This document shows, piece by piece, positions 1 through 15,000 of a DNA stretch of 64,000 bases. The notes beneath the pieces are model-generated. The model was not told the origin of the DNA and made no database searches. It saw nothing but the letters and a program-made list of their open reading frames with translations. Numbering within the stretch: the first letter of the stretch is position 1; every line of letters begins with the position of its first letter. This DNA is from Tubulanus polymorphus (Eukaryota > Animalia > Nemertea), in assembly GCF_964204645.1 (NCBI RefSeq), contig NC_134031.1:20405910-20469909 (forward strand), in the 5' to 3' direction. Both the position numbers and the translations under genes were made by a program.

Positions 1-37
1 CGCCGTTCAAATCATCTTCGATGCAAAAACACAATTT

Positions 38-3000
38 TCAGCTGCTGATATTTCCGCTAACGTGACGTCGGAAAAGAGCGTCGTCGTAATCGTCGTAAGT
101 GTATTCTCCTTCCTGTGATTAATACAAATGATATGATATTATTCATTTTCGGTAGAGGAATTTTCAGGGAAGGAATTCGTCAACGCTGAAAGGGTTGTAT
201 TCGCGTACATGGGGGTTAAAAATCAGCCAAATTGTATGGGGTGAAATTTTTATCTAAATAATGTTTTGACAGTCACCTTTATGGCTAAACTCCAGGGGCC
301 AGTTGTACAGTTATGGTTTAAGTCAAAAAATTGATCTTAAAAATCTTAAGACTGGTCTAAAGTTGTTAGATTGGCTGTAGAACTAAGATAGCCTTAGACT
401 AGTCTTAAGTCTAAGCTGTGAATGTGCAACTGGCCCCAGAATCACATATTCAAACCCACAACAGTGGAACTGATTCCCGGATGTAAACATCGAAATATTT
501 CTAAACTTACCTCTTCAATAATGTTATCATCATCACTAGATCGTTCTTCACCTTCAGACATCGGTCGATGAACATCCGGATAATCATCACCGCCGTGATC
601 AATCTCCATTTCCGGTTCTGATTGAACCTCTTCATCGCCGTCGTATTCATCTTCTTCTATACAACAACAAACAACACTTTTTAGATTCAGAGAAAAAACC
701 TTTCAACTACACGACAAAACCCTGCAGCACCCCCACATCTAAAACCCTGCAGCACCCCCACATCTATAACCCTGCAGCACCCCCACATCTAAAACTCTGC
801 AGCACCCCCACATCTAAAACCCTGCAGCACCCCCACATCTAAAACCCTGCAGCACCCCCACATCTAAAACCCTGCAGCACCCCCACATCTAAAACTCTGC
901 AGCACCCCCACATCTAAAACCCTGCAGCAACCCCACATCTAAAACCCTGCAGCAACCCCACATCTAAAACCCTGCAGCACCCCCACATCTAAAACTCTGC
1001 AGCACCCCCACATCTAAAACCCTGCAGCACCCCCACATCTAAAACCCTGCAGCACCCCCACATCTAAAACCCTGCAGCACCCCCACATCTAAAACCCTGC
1101 AGCACCCCCACATCTAAAACCCTGCAGCACCCCCACATCTAAAACCCTGCAGCACCCCCACATCTAAAACCCTGCAGCACCCCCACATCTAAAACCCTGC
1201 AGCACCCCCACATCTAAAACCCTGCAGCAACCCCACATCTAAAACCCTGCAGCACCCCCACATCTAAAACCCTGCAGCACCCCCACATCTAAAACCTTGC
1301 AGCACCCCCACATCTAAATAAATCAGTCAGGGACCTCATAGTTATTTTCAGCTAGTTTCTTTTCCAGCCACAGCTAGCATAGAGAATAATGATAGCAATA
1401 CAAAATAGCTTACTAAGTACATAGAACTTTTTAAAAATTTAAAAAAAATTGCTCAGTGTTTATTAATAGTGTTCTTTCAAACAATGTGGTTTAAAAAGAC
1501 GGGCAATGAATGATGGCATGTGCTCTTTAACCAAAAATTGATAAAAAATGTTTTTATAGTAATTTTATGGTATCGATAACAAGTCTTTTGATCTTCAGGA
1601 CTGTGGGGCTTATGCATGCATGTATTGCATTTTGGTTAATAATATCTACATTCATCGTTCAAGTTCTACATGGCAATAATTACCGTTATCAGAAGCAATG
1701 TAGAATTTCGGCCGATCGATTCTTGAGACGAGTTCAGCTAGATCAGTGAATCCAGTATCCGCTGTCATCAGGTGTGTTTTCGGCGACGCTGTTTTCTTGA
1801 TGCTGTCGGCAACTTTCTTCTCCTTGAACAGTTGTTTAATCATGTCGCTCTTGGCCCACGCGGAAAACAGTGTTTTTCCGTGGTTAAAACCAACATCCTG
1901 AAAATGATAAAAATTTATTTTGGAATCTTTTGAAATTATCAGGTCAATGATCAATGATTAGTTCAATGATGCTTGCGCGACATCCTGGCAAGCCTTCTTC
2001 GTCGCCTCTCTACCTAGTAGCTAACCGATATACACTTAAAAACACACCCAGGAGGATACCAGGTCTGATAGAGGACTCCTGAGCTCAGAGTATTGTAGTT
2101 CCCCGAGGAGAGATACCGGTAGGGTGGAGGTGAAGTCTTCCAGGATTTTCAGGATGAATATGAATGGTGACTATCTCATACTCTGATGAGACGAGAAGAT
2201 ACACAATATCCGTGTATGATGATAACGAGAGAAATCCCACATTGATTCAGTCAAAACGAGACACTTGAATAGAAGAGAATATATATTTGCACACAACGTT
2301 TTGGCTAAAGACTATTAGCCATCATCAGACGTACTGGTGGTGATGGCTAATAGTCTTTAGCCGAAGCGCGAATATTATACTCTTCTATTCAAGTTTCTCA
2401 TTTTGGCTGAATTCATTGTGAGATTTCTCTCGATATCTCAAACTCTACTCACATGGATTTCATCGAATGCTCCGAATTGCAGGGTTTTATAACGATCGAT
2501 CGGTGGTCGAATGTATTCACAATAATCGCTGTCCTTAACCGCTTCTAACTGCCGGACACAAGACACATACGCTAAACGTGACTGAATCTCCTGCATGTCA
2601 GGTACCTATACTCAAATAGACAATATATCACTTATATTCAACCAAAAGAAAATTACAAAGCTGTTTTGGTGTGTTCATGTCACTTATTAATTACCCTGAC
2701 TGGGGAAGCCCAAGGATTCCAGCGTTTCCACAATAACCACCAACCGGATAGATCATCTCCGTAGTTTGTGAGATTTGTGTCGTCGAGGCTACCGACATCT
2801 ACTGCGAATATTGTCTGCGCACCCATACTACGCATGATATCAGCTACAAAATAGTGACTAATAACAGTAAGTATCAGAGAATGGCCTGCAGCCGGTGATG
2901 AAATTCAAAATTTCCAGGAATAAAACCAGAGACCCTCGGGCCAGTTGCACAGCCATGACTTAAGTCCAAAGTGGTCTAAAATTGTTAGATTGGCTATAGA

Positions 3001-6000
3001 ACTAAGTTGGTCTTGACTGGTCTTAAGTCTAAGCCATGACTTTCCAACCGGCCCCTGAGGATTGAATCATACCCGGCAAATTGTTGACGTATCCTCCGTC
3101 TAGAAGTAAACTTCCATCGACCGGATCACAAAGCGGAGGCAAATAACCCGCTAATGACATACTGGAACGCACGTATCGCCATAACGATCCTACAATTAGT
3201 ATCATTACATGTAGTTGCAATAAGCTGCTTCGTGAAACTGGGAAAAAGTCTTGATAAAGTCTTAACAAATAACGAAGTCTTATATAGAGACTGTACAAAT
3301 AATACCGTACACCCAGCATCATATGGCCAAATGAAATCACTCAGGTTTATGAGAAATCTACAGGTTCCAATATCAATATCTCTTATTTCGTATACATTTA
3401 TGTCTAAAAGGACCGTCAATAATATCTAAATTACATCAAAATTCGGACTTAACAAAGTCTACTGTACTTTAGGACCTTTTTATCACGTATTTCATCGACA
3501 GGATGAAGAATAACCTACCCGATGTATGGACCTTCATTTTTGAGGTGGTGATATCAGTCGTGATGCAAAAGTACGGTATCCATAAATCTTCGATTTGACG
3601 ATCGCGGAAAACTTCTTCGATACTTTGATTAAACGATCGACCTGGTTAGAAAATATCAAAACTCACTAAAAAGAACCATTCAGGCCTACCACGTATTTGA
3701 ATCAGACTTTTTAAGCCAAATATCTGCATAAGTCATTTTAGATATTTTGGACCATTTTCTATAAATGTGTAATGATTAAGAACTGACAGTGATATCACAT
3801 GCCCAGGGATTGAACCTGGGTCCCGTACATGGAACGCAAACGTGTTTACCAGCAGACCAATAGAACCAATCCACTTGGCCAGTGGTTATACAGCTCTCTA
3901 AGTCAGATTTTCACTTATATCAGATAAAAATCCCTGTTCTCTAGAGATGCGACTTAAATGGGCTTTAGCATATATCCGAAACATATCCACTAAAGGGTAA
4001 ACATATCCACTAAAGGGTAAACATATCCATTAAAGGGTAAATATATCCATTAAAGGGTAACAACAGGGTAACATTATCCTACCAAATAGTTAACTTAAGT
4101 ATACTTTTATCTAGGGGAGATACTGAACCAAAATTTAAATCAATGGTTATTTGCCAGAATTTCTACAGCGGATTTTCATACAGAAATATTCACGAATTTC
4201 TCGTCCAAGTAAAAGATATATGTAGAAATTTACCACATAGTTACAAACATGGAATTGCGTGAAAATGTCCAGTATAAAATCTTTCCGCTCGGGTGAGATT
4301 GGCAGAAATGAAGTAAAAGTGGATGGAAGTGTAAATAATGCGAATGCGAGTGAAACTGTTACAAGCATTATTGTTGTACGTTTTGATTTCGTTGTTTTCT
4401 GATCGGACGAAACCATTTTTGAACCTCTGAATAACTGAACTATTATAACAGAATTTGACGTAATGATCAAAGTTAAAGGTAAAATGTTAACATGGATTAC
4501 AATTGTTAAAAATCTTATTCGGTCAAATACTTTATAGTAACATCCGAAAAACTGATTGGGAAAATTAATCGACAAAGCAGGGCTGAGATATAGAAACAAT
4601 CCGTTTACTGCAATGATTATCAGTATGGTAAATCTTGCGAATCTCGGTGTACATATCAAACGAGATGTGAACGGGAAGAGAACAACTGCCACTCGTTCTA
4701 GAGATATCGCTACTATAAACCATGAACTATTGCTGACTGCAAGCGCCATTATAAATTCATAGATTTGACAACTGATCAGTGAATTCATGATGAATATAGG
4801 ACCATCTTTAACGTGCAAGAGAATAAACTGTAAAATAGGCATCAGTGTAAAATCTATACAGAACAGGAAATCACAGACTGACAAAATGATCAGATAATTT
4901 GTGTAAGATAAACTGCGGAATCTACGACTTATCATTATGAGGAAAGTCGCTGAATTTCCGAAGGCTCCAAACAGGAACAACGCTGGCAGAATGACCAGTG
5001 TCACAGTACGGTAGCTTCCAGACCTGTTCACCACAGACATTAGAACGATGTAACTGCTGTAAGGTCGACCAATCTGAATTCGAGTTGAATTCATGATTGG
5101 TGATAACTAACTATTGAAGGTGTAGACTGAATGTTTCAATAGACTGACACTAATCTATGCACACAGTAATAATGTCATGCTTATTTGTTGAAGCTCACAA
5201 TTCATTGTTCGCATCAAATGTAACCACCATAACTTTGACCAATTTGAATCTAGGTAGAATTAATGAAGACCACATTGTCGACTCTCTGAGAGTGTATGGG
5301 CTGACTGAGTGTGTTGACTCTCTGAGAATGTATAGACTGACTGAGAGTGTCTGGGTTGCCAACTGAGAATGTTCTGGAACTGACTGTATCTTCCCACGTA
5401 TTGGAAAATTAATTCAACTTTGATATAAAAATATGATTTAAGTTATTACTGCAGCTACAAACCATGATTTACTGCCTACAGAAAATAGAAAATAAATTCT
5501 CAGAAATGTAACAAAATTTACTCAGATTTTTTGAAAGTTTAGTGTGAAACATAAATGTAACTAAATTGAATATAAATTAAATATACGCGAATTCATTGTA
5601 AATGGTGAAATATCTTATATAACAAAACATCTGAACAGGTTGGAAAATATCTATTAGTTCTATCGTGGACTCCATGGTTCTATACAGGGAAATCACAGAC
5701 TACAATAGCATCAGTTCATTATTCAACCACGTAAATATACACGGCAGTAGCCGGGTAGGCCTATCTGTAAAGACTTTCCAAGCCTATAAAAGTTATTCTA
5801 AAGCCTTTACAAACCTATACAAATCACTTAAGACACCCCTGGAGAACAAACTGAGGTGTCAATCAAAATCAAGACACTTGTAATCTGTATGTATTGGGGT
5901 ATAGCAAAATCCTAGAAAATTTGGTAGAAATCTGTTAATTAGTTTAGGAGCCTTAGGCTTTTAATGACTTTTGAGGATTATCTGCTCGGAAAGAAGGAAA

Positions 6001-9000
6001 ATAATAACATTCATCCGCAGGAAAGGAATAGGGGTTTCCTTGAAAAAGCATTTTCATAGAAGGTTAGAACCTAGTTTATAAGAGGCTTCTATTTTTTCAT
6101 TAGACCTATAACAATCGATGCGATTTGAGATATATCTACCTGTGAACATAGATGTCACTGGATACGTCAGATCAAGTACTTTCTTCCACAACGAGCCCAT
6201 AATCTACAGGATAAGAGAACATATAAATGCATTGCTGCACAAATTCAATAGTCAACTGTAATCGCTGAATATTTCTGAATGTGTGAAATTGTAGGACCGA
6301 AAGTACAGAGGCACATTACATGCTTAGACTAATAACGTATTCCCCAGTGATATCACAGAACTGTCGAGTTCTCTCGTGATACATGCATGTTGTATGTTAC
6401 ACATTGTATCTAAACATAACCAAATTCTCTAACTGAATATTTGCTGATTTCTTCGTGCAACGTTTTCCATATTCAAAAGCCACATGAACTAATCATAAAA
6501 TAATCTACTTTTTTTCGAAGGTGTCAATAATTCATCGATGATTAATTTTCTCGTTTAAACTCACCATTGACCATTCTCGAGCGCGTTGAGTAAATCTCGT
6601 GAGATTACGTTCCTCCGCGTACAGGGCGCCCATGAACGATCCGATGCTCGTACCGCCGACGATGTCGATGGGTATTCCGGCTTCGTTCAACGATCGAATC
6701 ATACCGACATGCGCTATACCCCTGTTATTGGATAAAATATAGATTCACAGTGAAGATTAATATCAGGCTCATATTTGGGGGTTCTCGATGTTCGAATGAG
6801 TCCCCAACTCGTTTACCAACGAAGGTCCAACATGATACAGACCTCAAGAATATTTGAGCATCAACTTAACAAAATTCACTTATTGAGTTAAGAGATAATT
6901 TAACTCGAAAGTATTTGAGAAAAAAGGAGTGGTTGCCAAAACTAGGGTAACCTATAAGATACATTAGTTTTAATCCAAAGCTCAAGTCAAATCTAATTTA
7001 ATGATTTAATGATTTAATGATTTTGTTAAAACTTTCTACAGAAATTCCTATGATGACTTTGTTTTTCTTTTAGTGTGAAACTAATAAAGATGTAACTAAC
7101 CGAGCTCCACCTCCGCCGAGCACCAGTCCGATAGATGTACCGGTCAGGAATCGAGCGAGTCTCGAGAAATCCGACAAACGATCTGGTTCCATGTCGAACA
7201 ATTTCTTGTATAAATCCATCTGGAATTTTTCCGAAAAATCAAATCAATTTGACAGTCAATTAAAAAATTTCTTTTTTCACCACTTTTCTATAAAACTATA
7301 TAATTTTGATAAGAAAGAGAAATCTAATTTCTAAACGCGATCACTTACCATCTTTTCGGGCGATCTTCCGCTGAAGACACGTTTCGGACATCGAATGTGA
7401 TGATGCGACGAACACCAGCCACGAGCGTTCAACCAATGCACGGTTCCACCAGGTCGAGGTTTATCCACATCCTCTCTGTGAAGCAGAACCAACTCTTTCT
7501 GAGCGCGGACGCTTAAATTCTCCAGTTGTTTTTCGAGCTGAAAAGAGTATTAATTGTTAGGGGCAATTTTTACTGCCTCAGCAAAGAAAGCAGAGCATTT
7601 TTTTCAAAACACTTTCCAGAATATACTCAACGCGTACAATTGAATATTCGAAACACCATTCTGGTTCCCAAGGAAACGATTGTTTGAGGCAAACCCTCAG
7701 GAAATTTTGAGGTATGAAAAGTTTTCAAATTCATTTTGAATTTTACCTGTCTTTCCAAGAAGGACGTTTCAGATATTTTGAGTACCTCACGCGAGGCTGC
7801 GAGGTACCATAAATTCACCACTGATTATCAATGTTTACGCGTGTTATTTTACACTGGTTGTAAACATGTCGTCTGCTAGTTCGTCGACTTACCGGTGAAA
7901 CTACTGGATCATTCTCAGCGATTCCGACAACCAGTATACAATCGGCTTGTCGAATGCATTGTTTCGTCCACGGCGTTACGCGTGTATCGCATTGATACAA
8001 AACCATACGGTGAAGATCTTCTTGTTGTCCCAACCAACTCGTCAACCGATATTCATTAACGCTAGGAAAAAAATCATCAACAATTTCATTGAATTTGATC
8101 ATGTTCAGATGAAGAGAAAATTGGACAATACTGGTTTCAAAACTCAACAAGCACTACACATAGCTTCTTAACTGATGGCTTCGGTGACAAAATATTTAAA
8201 TTATTTACGTTAACTGTTACAAGCAACAGTAGATCCTGGCCCATCCGAAATACCGGGTTCAAGCCAACATTTTAAAATGAGTTCTGGCATGGTGAAAAAA
8301 TTCAAGGGTTATTCAACAATAGCCGATGATCTTGATTTAATTACCTCTCAAGAGCCGAAGGTCCGAGTCGTTTCTGTATGATTTCACTGGTCAAACGAAG
8401 CGTTGGTCCTGCAAAAAGCCAGATATTGATTATGGAAATAAAGGACACATAATGGTATATGAAGATGAATATGAAGATTAAAGATTAGGCAAGATTCTGG
8501 CCCCGGGTGAGAAGTTGACATACCGGTATGGGACTGAAGGTGTTAAGGACTGGATAAATGTTCTTGTTTCATTTGAGATTCAGGTAAGTCAAATCATTTA
8601 AGTACCCGGTAACTATTTAGAGGGCACGGATGTACTCACCGATGGCATTGAGAGAATATTGTAACTCGAGTGTGAAGTTGGATACGGGAACATCTTCCGA
8701 GGCAGCTACGACGGCAACAGTAGCCAGATTAGCTACCGTCGATCTCTGATCCACATTTGGGTGTTCTAAAAAACGAAATATCCACACATGAAAACCTTTC
8801 AATGAATAAACATCTTCTTCAAGGTATAATTTTGACAATAAATTCGACAATCCAGTAATGCAACATATGGCACAAATAACAGTTGGTCTCATGTAGTCAA
8901 ATAATTTTTAATGGACTGTGAACTGGATTTTTGATTCGAATCTTAAGAAATTTAAGATTAAGATTTACCTAATAGAGCTTTCGACGTCTGCTGCTGCGGA

Positions 9001-12000
9001 CTTTGTAACGAACCGAGAATTCGTTGACCGAGTAAATGAATCAAACGCGTAACGACCTTCGGATATCTACGTTTTATCACGTTCAACAGTTCAGCGGGAA
9101 GTTTCGCCAGGTCGGTATCTCTGTACGTGTGTGAAATAATCCAGTGAGAAATACTTCATTGAAATGCGACATTACAATAATAATGTTTTGTAGACTTATT
9201 TATTCCAGATTAGATCTTAAGACATTCATCTTTCAAATGGGGTAAACTATTGTTTGTGAAATTCCCTTCCCGGATGGCTGAGGATCATGGCTTTAAAGAA
9301 AAGCCTCCGTTTTCCACTTCACTTTTCTTTAAAGTTATGGCGAAACCCATCAATAATTTGACCGAGGATTCTTTAAACAAAACATCTGACGAACAGATGG
9401 GAAGGATTAAACTGACCTGACGGCTAATACAGTAGTAGCTCTCTCTGTCTGCGTTAAAACCTCGACTATACCGATCAGTTCACCGCGACCGTATTCACCG
9501 ACCAGTTCCTTCTTACCGTCGTTTAGTGTTATAACGTTACGTAGACGACCGTTCAGTATAATATAAACACAATCTGACTGTTCTCCTTGCCTGAACATAA
9601 ATCAACGTTACAAGTTAAGATTCAGTGTGTATCTTAATTTCCTAATTATTGCAACTTTGAGAATCAAAATCCAGTTGATGCTACATGGATTTTTGTGGAG
9701 TCAGCATTCCTGTTTGCACATAGTTCTATAAACAAACTGATATTACTGTCTCTGATGAGAGGATTTTTGATTTTATTCTCATAGTTAGCAATGACATATA
9801 TACACGTATAATTTCTTCTACAAAACGTTAATGAACTGCCATGTAAGGAATCCTTCACAGCCTGAAGGCTGTAACTCTGTACGAAACTGTTAGAAAAATA
9901 AACTAATAATCCATCAATAATTGTGGAAATCTTATTTCGTGTATGGCAGTAAAATTTCCATTACCTGTACAATGGACGACCGGCCTCGATCTGATTCCAG
10001 TCGAGCGCGAAATCGATCTGACGGACAAACGGCGACATGCGTCGTACGACTGAATGAGCGACATTCTTCACAATACTCGGCTGAACGTACATCAACGTGT
10101 AGAAATCTTTCTTCGTAATCAGGACGACCGTGGCGTCGGTTTTCGCGCGAACGCCGAAAAACTGCGGCTCGCCCGTCAGCACGGCTAGTCCGCCGACGAG
10201 TTCACCGGCTTGTGTTATGAACAGACATGCCTGAGAAATAGAGCAGATTATTAAACTGAGATGAACATGAAATATATAAAACGTACACTAAATTCTATCT
10301 ATATTTCACTTCAAAAAACGGAGTAACCTAAATCATTTTCTTATAAAGATATGTTCTCTGTAGCAATGTTTACCTCTCCTTGAATGTCAATGAGGTGTTG
10401 CATGCACTGCAATGTACCGGTGACCACGAACAGTAAACTGGCGTCTTGATCCCCTTGTTTTGTCAATGTCGTGCCCGCTCTGAAGTGTCGAAGCATTAAT
10501 TTGTTGTCTAACTGAGAAGGATCCTGGAATGAAGAGAGTACTAGATTTCTTATGATCATCTAGTTAGTAGGCCTGAACGTACGTGATAAGTTCAGGAGCA
10601 AATCCATCGATTTTCCAAAGAATTCTCCACTTCCAGGGATGAAGGACATCCTGCATGTGGTTCATCATTTGATCGTTTACCTTTAATCCTAATAACAGAA
10701 TCAGGTCATCTCTCGCCATATTTAACATGTGCTGGTCATCGATAACATGAGCTTCCGGTTCTTCAGCGATATTTGAACGTTTGCTGCTCTGTCGTTTGTA
10801 TTGAAAATGCAGTTCTTCCATCGTCTTGTGAACAAAAAAGAGAAAAACCTCTAAATGAAAGTATTTATTGCAGTTTCACCCTCCCATTTTCCATCATGAG
10901 GTTTGAAACAGATGAATGAAAGTTTCTATTACAATTTTGTTGAGCCACTGTACAAATTAACGAGATTCAAACTTACAGATTTTGCAGGAGGCGTTCCGAT
11001 TGATAGTGGATCATCTCGAGATTGCTGGTTGACGCGCGCCTGACTCAATGCCACATCGAAATCAGACGGAACGCTCTCAAGGTCGTGTTCATCGATACCA
11101 GACGGCCGCGATCCACGAGCTGAAATAAATCATTCTCAAGTCTAGTCAAACCTGGTTTCACTGAATAAGTCAAAACTGATTCATGTAACGAGTGTCATAA
11201 ATGAGTTATAGTTAATTCATTTGACCAACTGTTAATGCTAGATTTAGGGTTGAAACAAAACTGGTCGATAGAACCAGCACCTGAAGATCGAATTTTGGTA
11301 ACGAGTTAGAATAGATTGATATACAGTAACCAGTTTCACAAAGCATAAGCCGTGATCACTCAAACATTTCTTTTTCTGGGCCAAATTTGGCCGTGCCAAA
11401 TGAGGTCTGGGGCAACCACTCACGTCGGTGTAAAATAGGTCCGTACCCGTCTCATATTTGCCAAACCAGATTTATTAAGCACGGGCCAAATATGACTCAG
11501 ATCTTGTCCGAGCCAGTTCACACTGGGCTTGTGATTGTGGAGATGTTGAAAGATACAGATTGTGAAACTGCCCTAGGCCCAGGTTACATAGAATGAATGG
11601 CGTAGTTAAACCCAAGAAGACATATTTTTTCAGATGAGCCAAACACTCATGGCACTGCACAACACAAAAAGCTTTTTTCAGCAACTATCTTTTTTCAAAA
11701 ACCAAAAAGTGCTGTTTCAGTGTGAAGGGTGAAAAAACATTCTTTATGTTTACTGTCAATGCAGGAACACACTGGGTTCAGACCTTTTTTTTAATTACCT
11801 GGGAGTACAGTTCCACTGCCCAGAATTTTTTAAAGTTTTTTTGTCCCCATTATTTTTTCCATTTTAATACTTCAACGATACTCATTTTCTTCATTTTCAA
11901 TTGAGTTAACCCACGGGTTAAAATTGATACCAGTTTATAAAACTGTCATAGAAATTTCCATTCACCCTTCCATTTTTTTCAATCCTTACTCCAAGTAATT

Positions 12001-15000
12001 GAGAAAAAAAGGCCTCGAGACAAAAAAAGAGAATTCATCTACTGCTAAGTACTGAAACAATGAAACCATTCTAATTTTCAGATTAGCCCATGCAAAACCA
12101 GCAAGACAGTGTATAAGTGAAACCCGTGCGGGGTGAGGTCACGTGTACAACCCTTACCTATCAGCGTGGATGAATCGGAAAAGCGACGCAGCTCTAAACG
12201 CTGTAGATACTTCATATGAGAAGAATTCTCTGCGAAGCACGAAGCATGGCAGTGGTAGTAGAAAATAAATTAGAAGAAAAAACATTGACATTGATGATAG
12301 AAAAACATCACGGCATAAAGCATTGTCAAACTGATGAATATGAAACATATTGGTAAATAGCAGCCTGCCACTACTGATGCATACATAGTAACTTATTGTG
12401 ATGGTACGAATGCGCTTTGGTACAAATGTGTTAAGTGTGCAAAAAATAGATTTCTAGTAAAGTTTTCCATAAACGATTAGAAATGACGTACAGCTAGTCT
12501 TAAGAATACATTAAACAAGTGATTACAAAAGACACACAACACATATACATACAACACAGGCTGGTTTTATGGACTTAATTTGAACTTTAAACCTAATATA
12601 TTTAATTTAGACGTTTAGCCAATTCCATTTACAGCAGGGCTTAAGTTAAAATTGGCCTATAAAACCAGTGCTGGGGGTTAACTATACATAGCATATATAC
12701 ATCATATATAGGTCTCATAACCAAACGAAACATGAATGTAATCACCAGATGCAAATTTCCTAACAAAAACTCTTACAAATACCACGCAAACTTAATCCGG
12801 ATGATTTGGGACCGACAAAATTAACAGTATCTCGGAAATCTAGATCAAACAGCATAAAACTATTTCACATTAATTTTTTATTTATTAGTGAATCATAATT
12901 AGATCCAGATCATCCAGATCCGGATTGAACTGGGTCCAGAGTTAGTGGTTTCACGAGGGGCAGATCCACTGGCAATCTGAAATATTTACCGAATTGTTTG
13001 TGGAAAATGAATCAGAAAAAGCAGTATCATTAGCTTTACCAAAACAGCAAAATCCCTTTCACCAGAATTTGTACTTGTTAAATTGAAACGACCATTTCTT
13101 TAAATTCTAAACAACATCAAGTACCCTTTTTGATTTGGAGTTCTCAAAAACATTGAGAGTCTCATAAAACCCTTTGATCTGCCCCGATCGACTACATTAT
13201 CAAGCACGTAGCTAGGCTATGTATGAAGATGACTGAAGTAAATATTCTTGACTATTTTTGACTTAAACTAACGCACGAACTCTAGTCTAGCCAAAACACG
13301 TACACACATCTCGACTGTAAAATGCTACAAACATACCTGCAGGAATTTCGGAACCTCTTCTCAACGGTTTCGTGCGACTACTCTCTATAATTGAGCGAAA
13401 ATAATAATAATGAACTCAGCAGAATTGAGTCAGTGATATTAAGCAAGCCGATTGCAAGCCAGGCGTGACGGCAATGAAATTCATTGCCAATTACTTACCA
13501 GTACTGTAACTATTTTGTTACGATATTAATTAACAATACCTCACACACCTTGCACTGGTAAGTGTACCAGTTAGTACGGGGCAAGGGTATGATAGATAAG
13601 GTCATGATAAACTGATGATGCGCTGATGATGGATATGGTAGAAAGCGTTGTCGAGTACTTACTGATTGTAGGGTATTACAGGGTAAGGGTCCTGAAGTAG
13701 GCATGGGTTAGTATAGGGCAGCTTCAATGTGGGATACAAACCGAACAAATTAAGGTTCAGAAGGGTTGTTTAGGTTAAAGGTGTAATAGGGTAAGGTCTA
13801 CTGTAAGCTAGAGTTAAGGAATAACGTAGAATGGAAGGCGTGTGAGGGATAAAATCTAGGTGCAACATTTAGCCTCGTGAAGCTTCACGAATGTTATATT
13901 AATGTGCAATGAATTCAGAAAATTCGGTTCAAATGAGTAACACTTCAAAAAGCTAGGGACATTAAACATTGCTAAGTCTAGAGACTTTTCGCGGGAAGCC
14001 AGGTTCTCGCGGAAAAATTGTTGATAAAAATCATTCATTCTTCAACACAGGGTTCCTGCACTAAAAAATCTACCAAATTTCATGACCTTTCTTCCAGTTA
14101 TTTCCAGACGCTCAAGTCCAAAATTCCATGACCTGCCAGATTTACATGGAATTTAAACTGGTGTAAGAAAATCTTCAGAGGCAAGAAAATATGAAAATAT
14201 CATTACACCAAAAATTCCATGACTTTCACTGAGTCAATCACTAAATAGCTGAAATTCCCCGACTTTCAAAGACCTGGAAAACTATCTTTAAATTCCCCGA
14301 TTCTCACTAACGGCAGGAACCCTGCAACGAGCATATGAACTAAGAGTAGACGTACTTACCGGCAACATCGTCATCATAACTACCAGTAACAATATTCAAC
14401 ACTTTCTCCTCGGCACTCGTCGACGACACAGTTCTCTGTGGCGGCTGCTGACCCGCGTATTTCACGAGGGGATTTCCCGACAGGCTCTGAACGGACATAC
14501 GTTTCTCCGGCTGACAACTGTGATTTATCAGTTCGTTACTGAGACCGAGATAGTTGTGAAGAGCCATGAACGTCACGCGTTGTAATCTTACCATTATTAC
14601 CTGAATATATAATAAACAAAAATATATACAAGACAGGAACAACAGTAGCGCTCACTAAGAGCATCTTAGCCTCAATCCCAACGCAGGAAAACACTGAAAA
14701 TGGAGTTTCTTTTACTTGACAGGTGTATATCGATAAAGCTTACCGGTATATTTCTACAGTAAGGTCGTCTGAAGTTAATAAAACACATACCTGTACAACG
14801 CGAACCATACTTTCAGCGTAGTTGTCAAATATTTTGCTAAAAGCATGGGCTGGCAACCTACAGTAGAAATAAGTATATTGGAATAAGAAGAATTTGTATT
14901 TGAAATGTCGGATTGGCTATAGAACGAAAATCATCGGCATTTCCACTGTACCTGAGAACATGGGAATCAACATGCGCTACCGCAGAGACTGTCTTATACG

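Noticed and set aside
716-1315. CRISPR-like regularity of the 25-bp arrays (also 41078-41314)
   Set aside because: Repeats are contiguous with no unique spacers, the context is a eukaryotic intron, and there are no cas genes.
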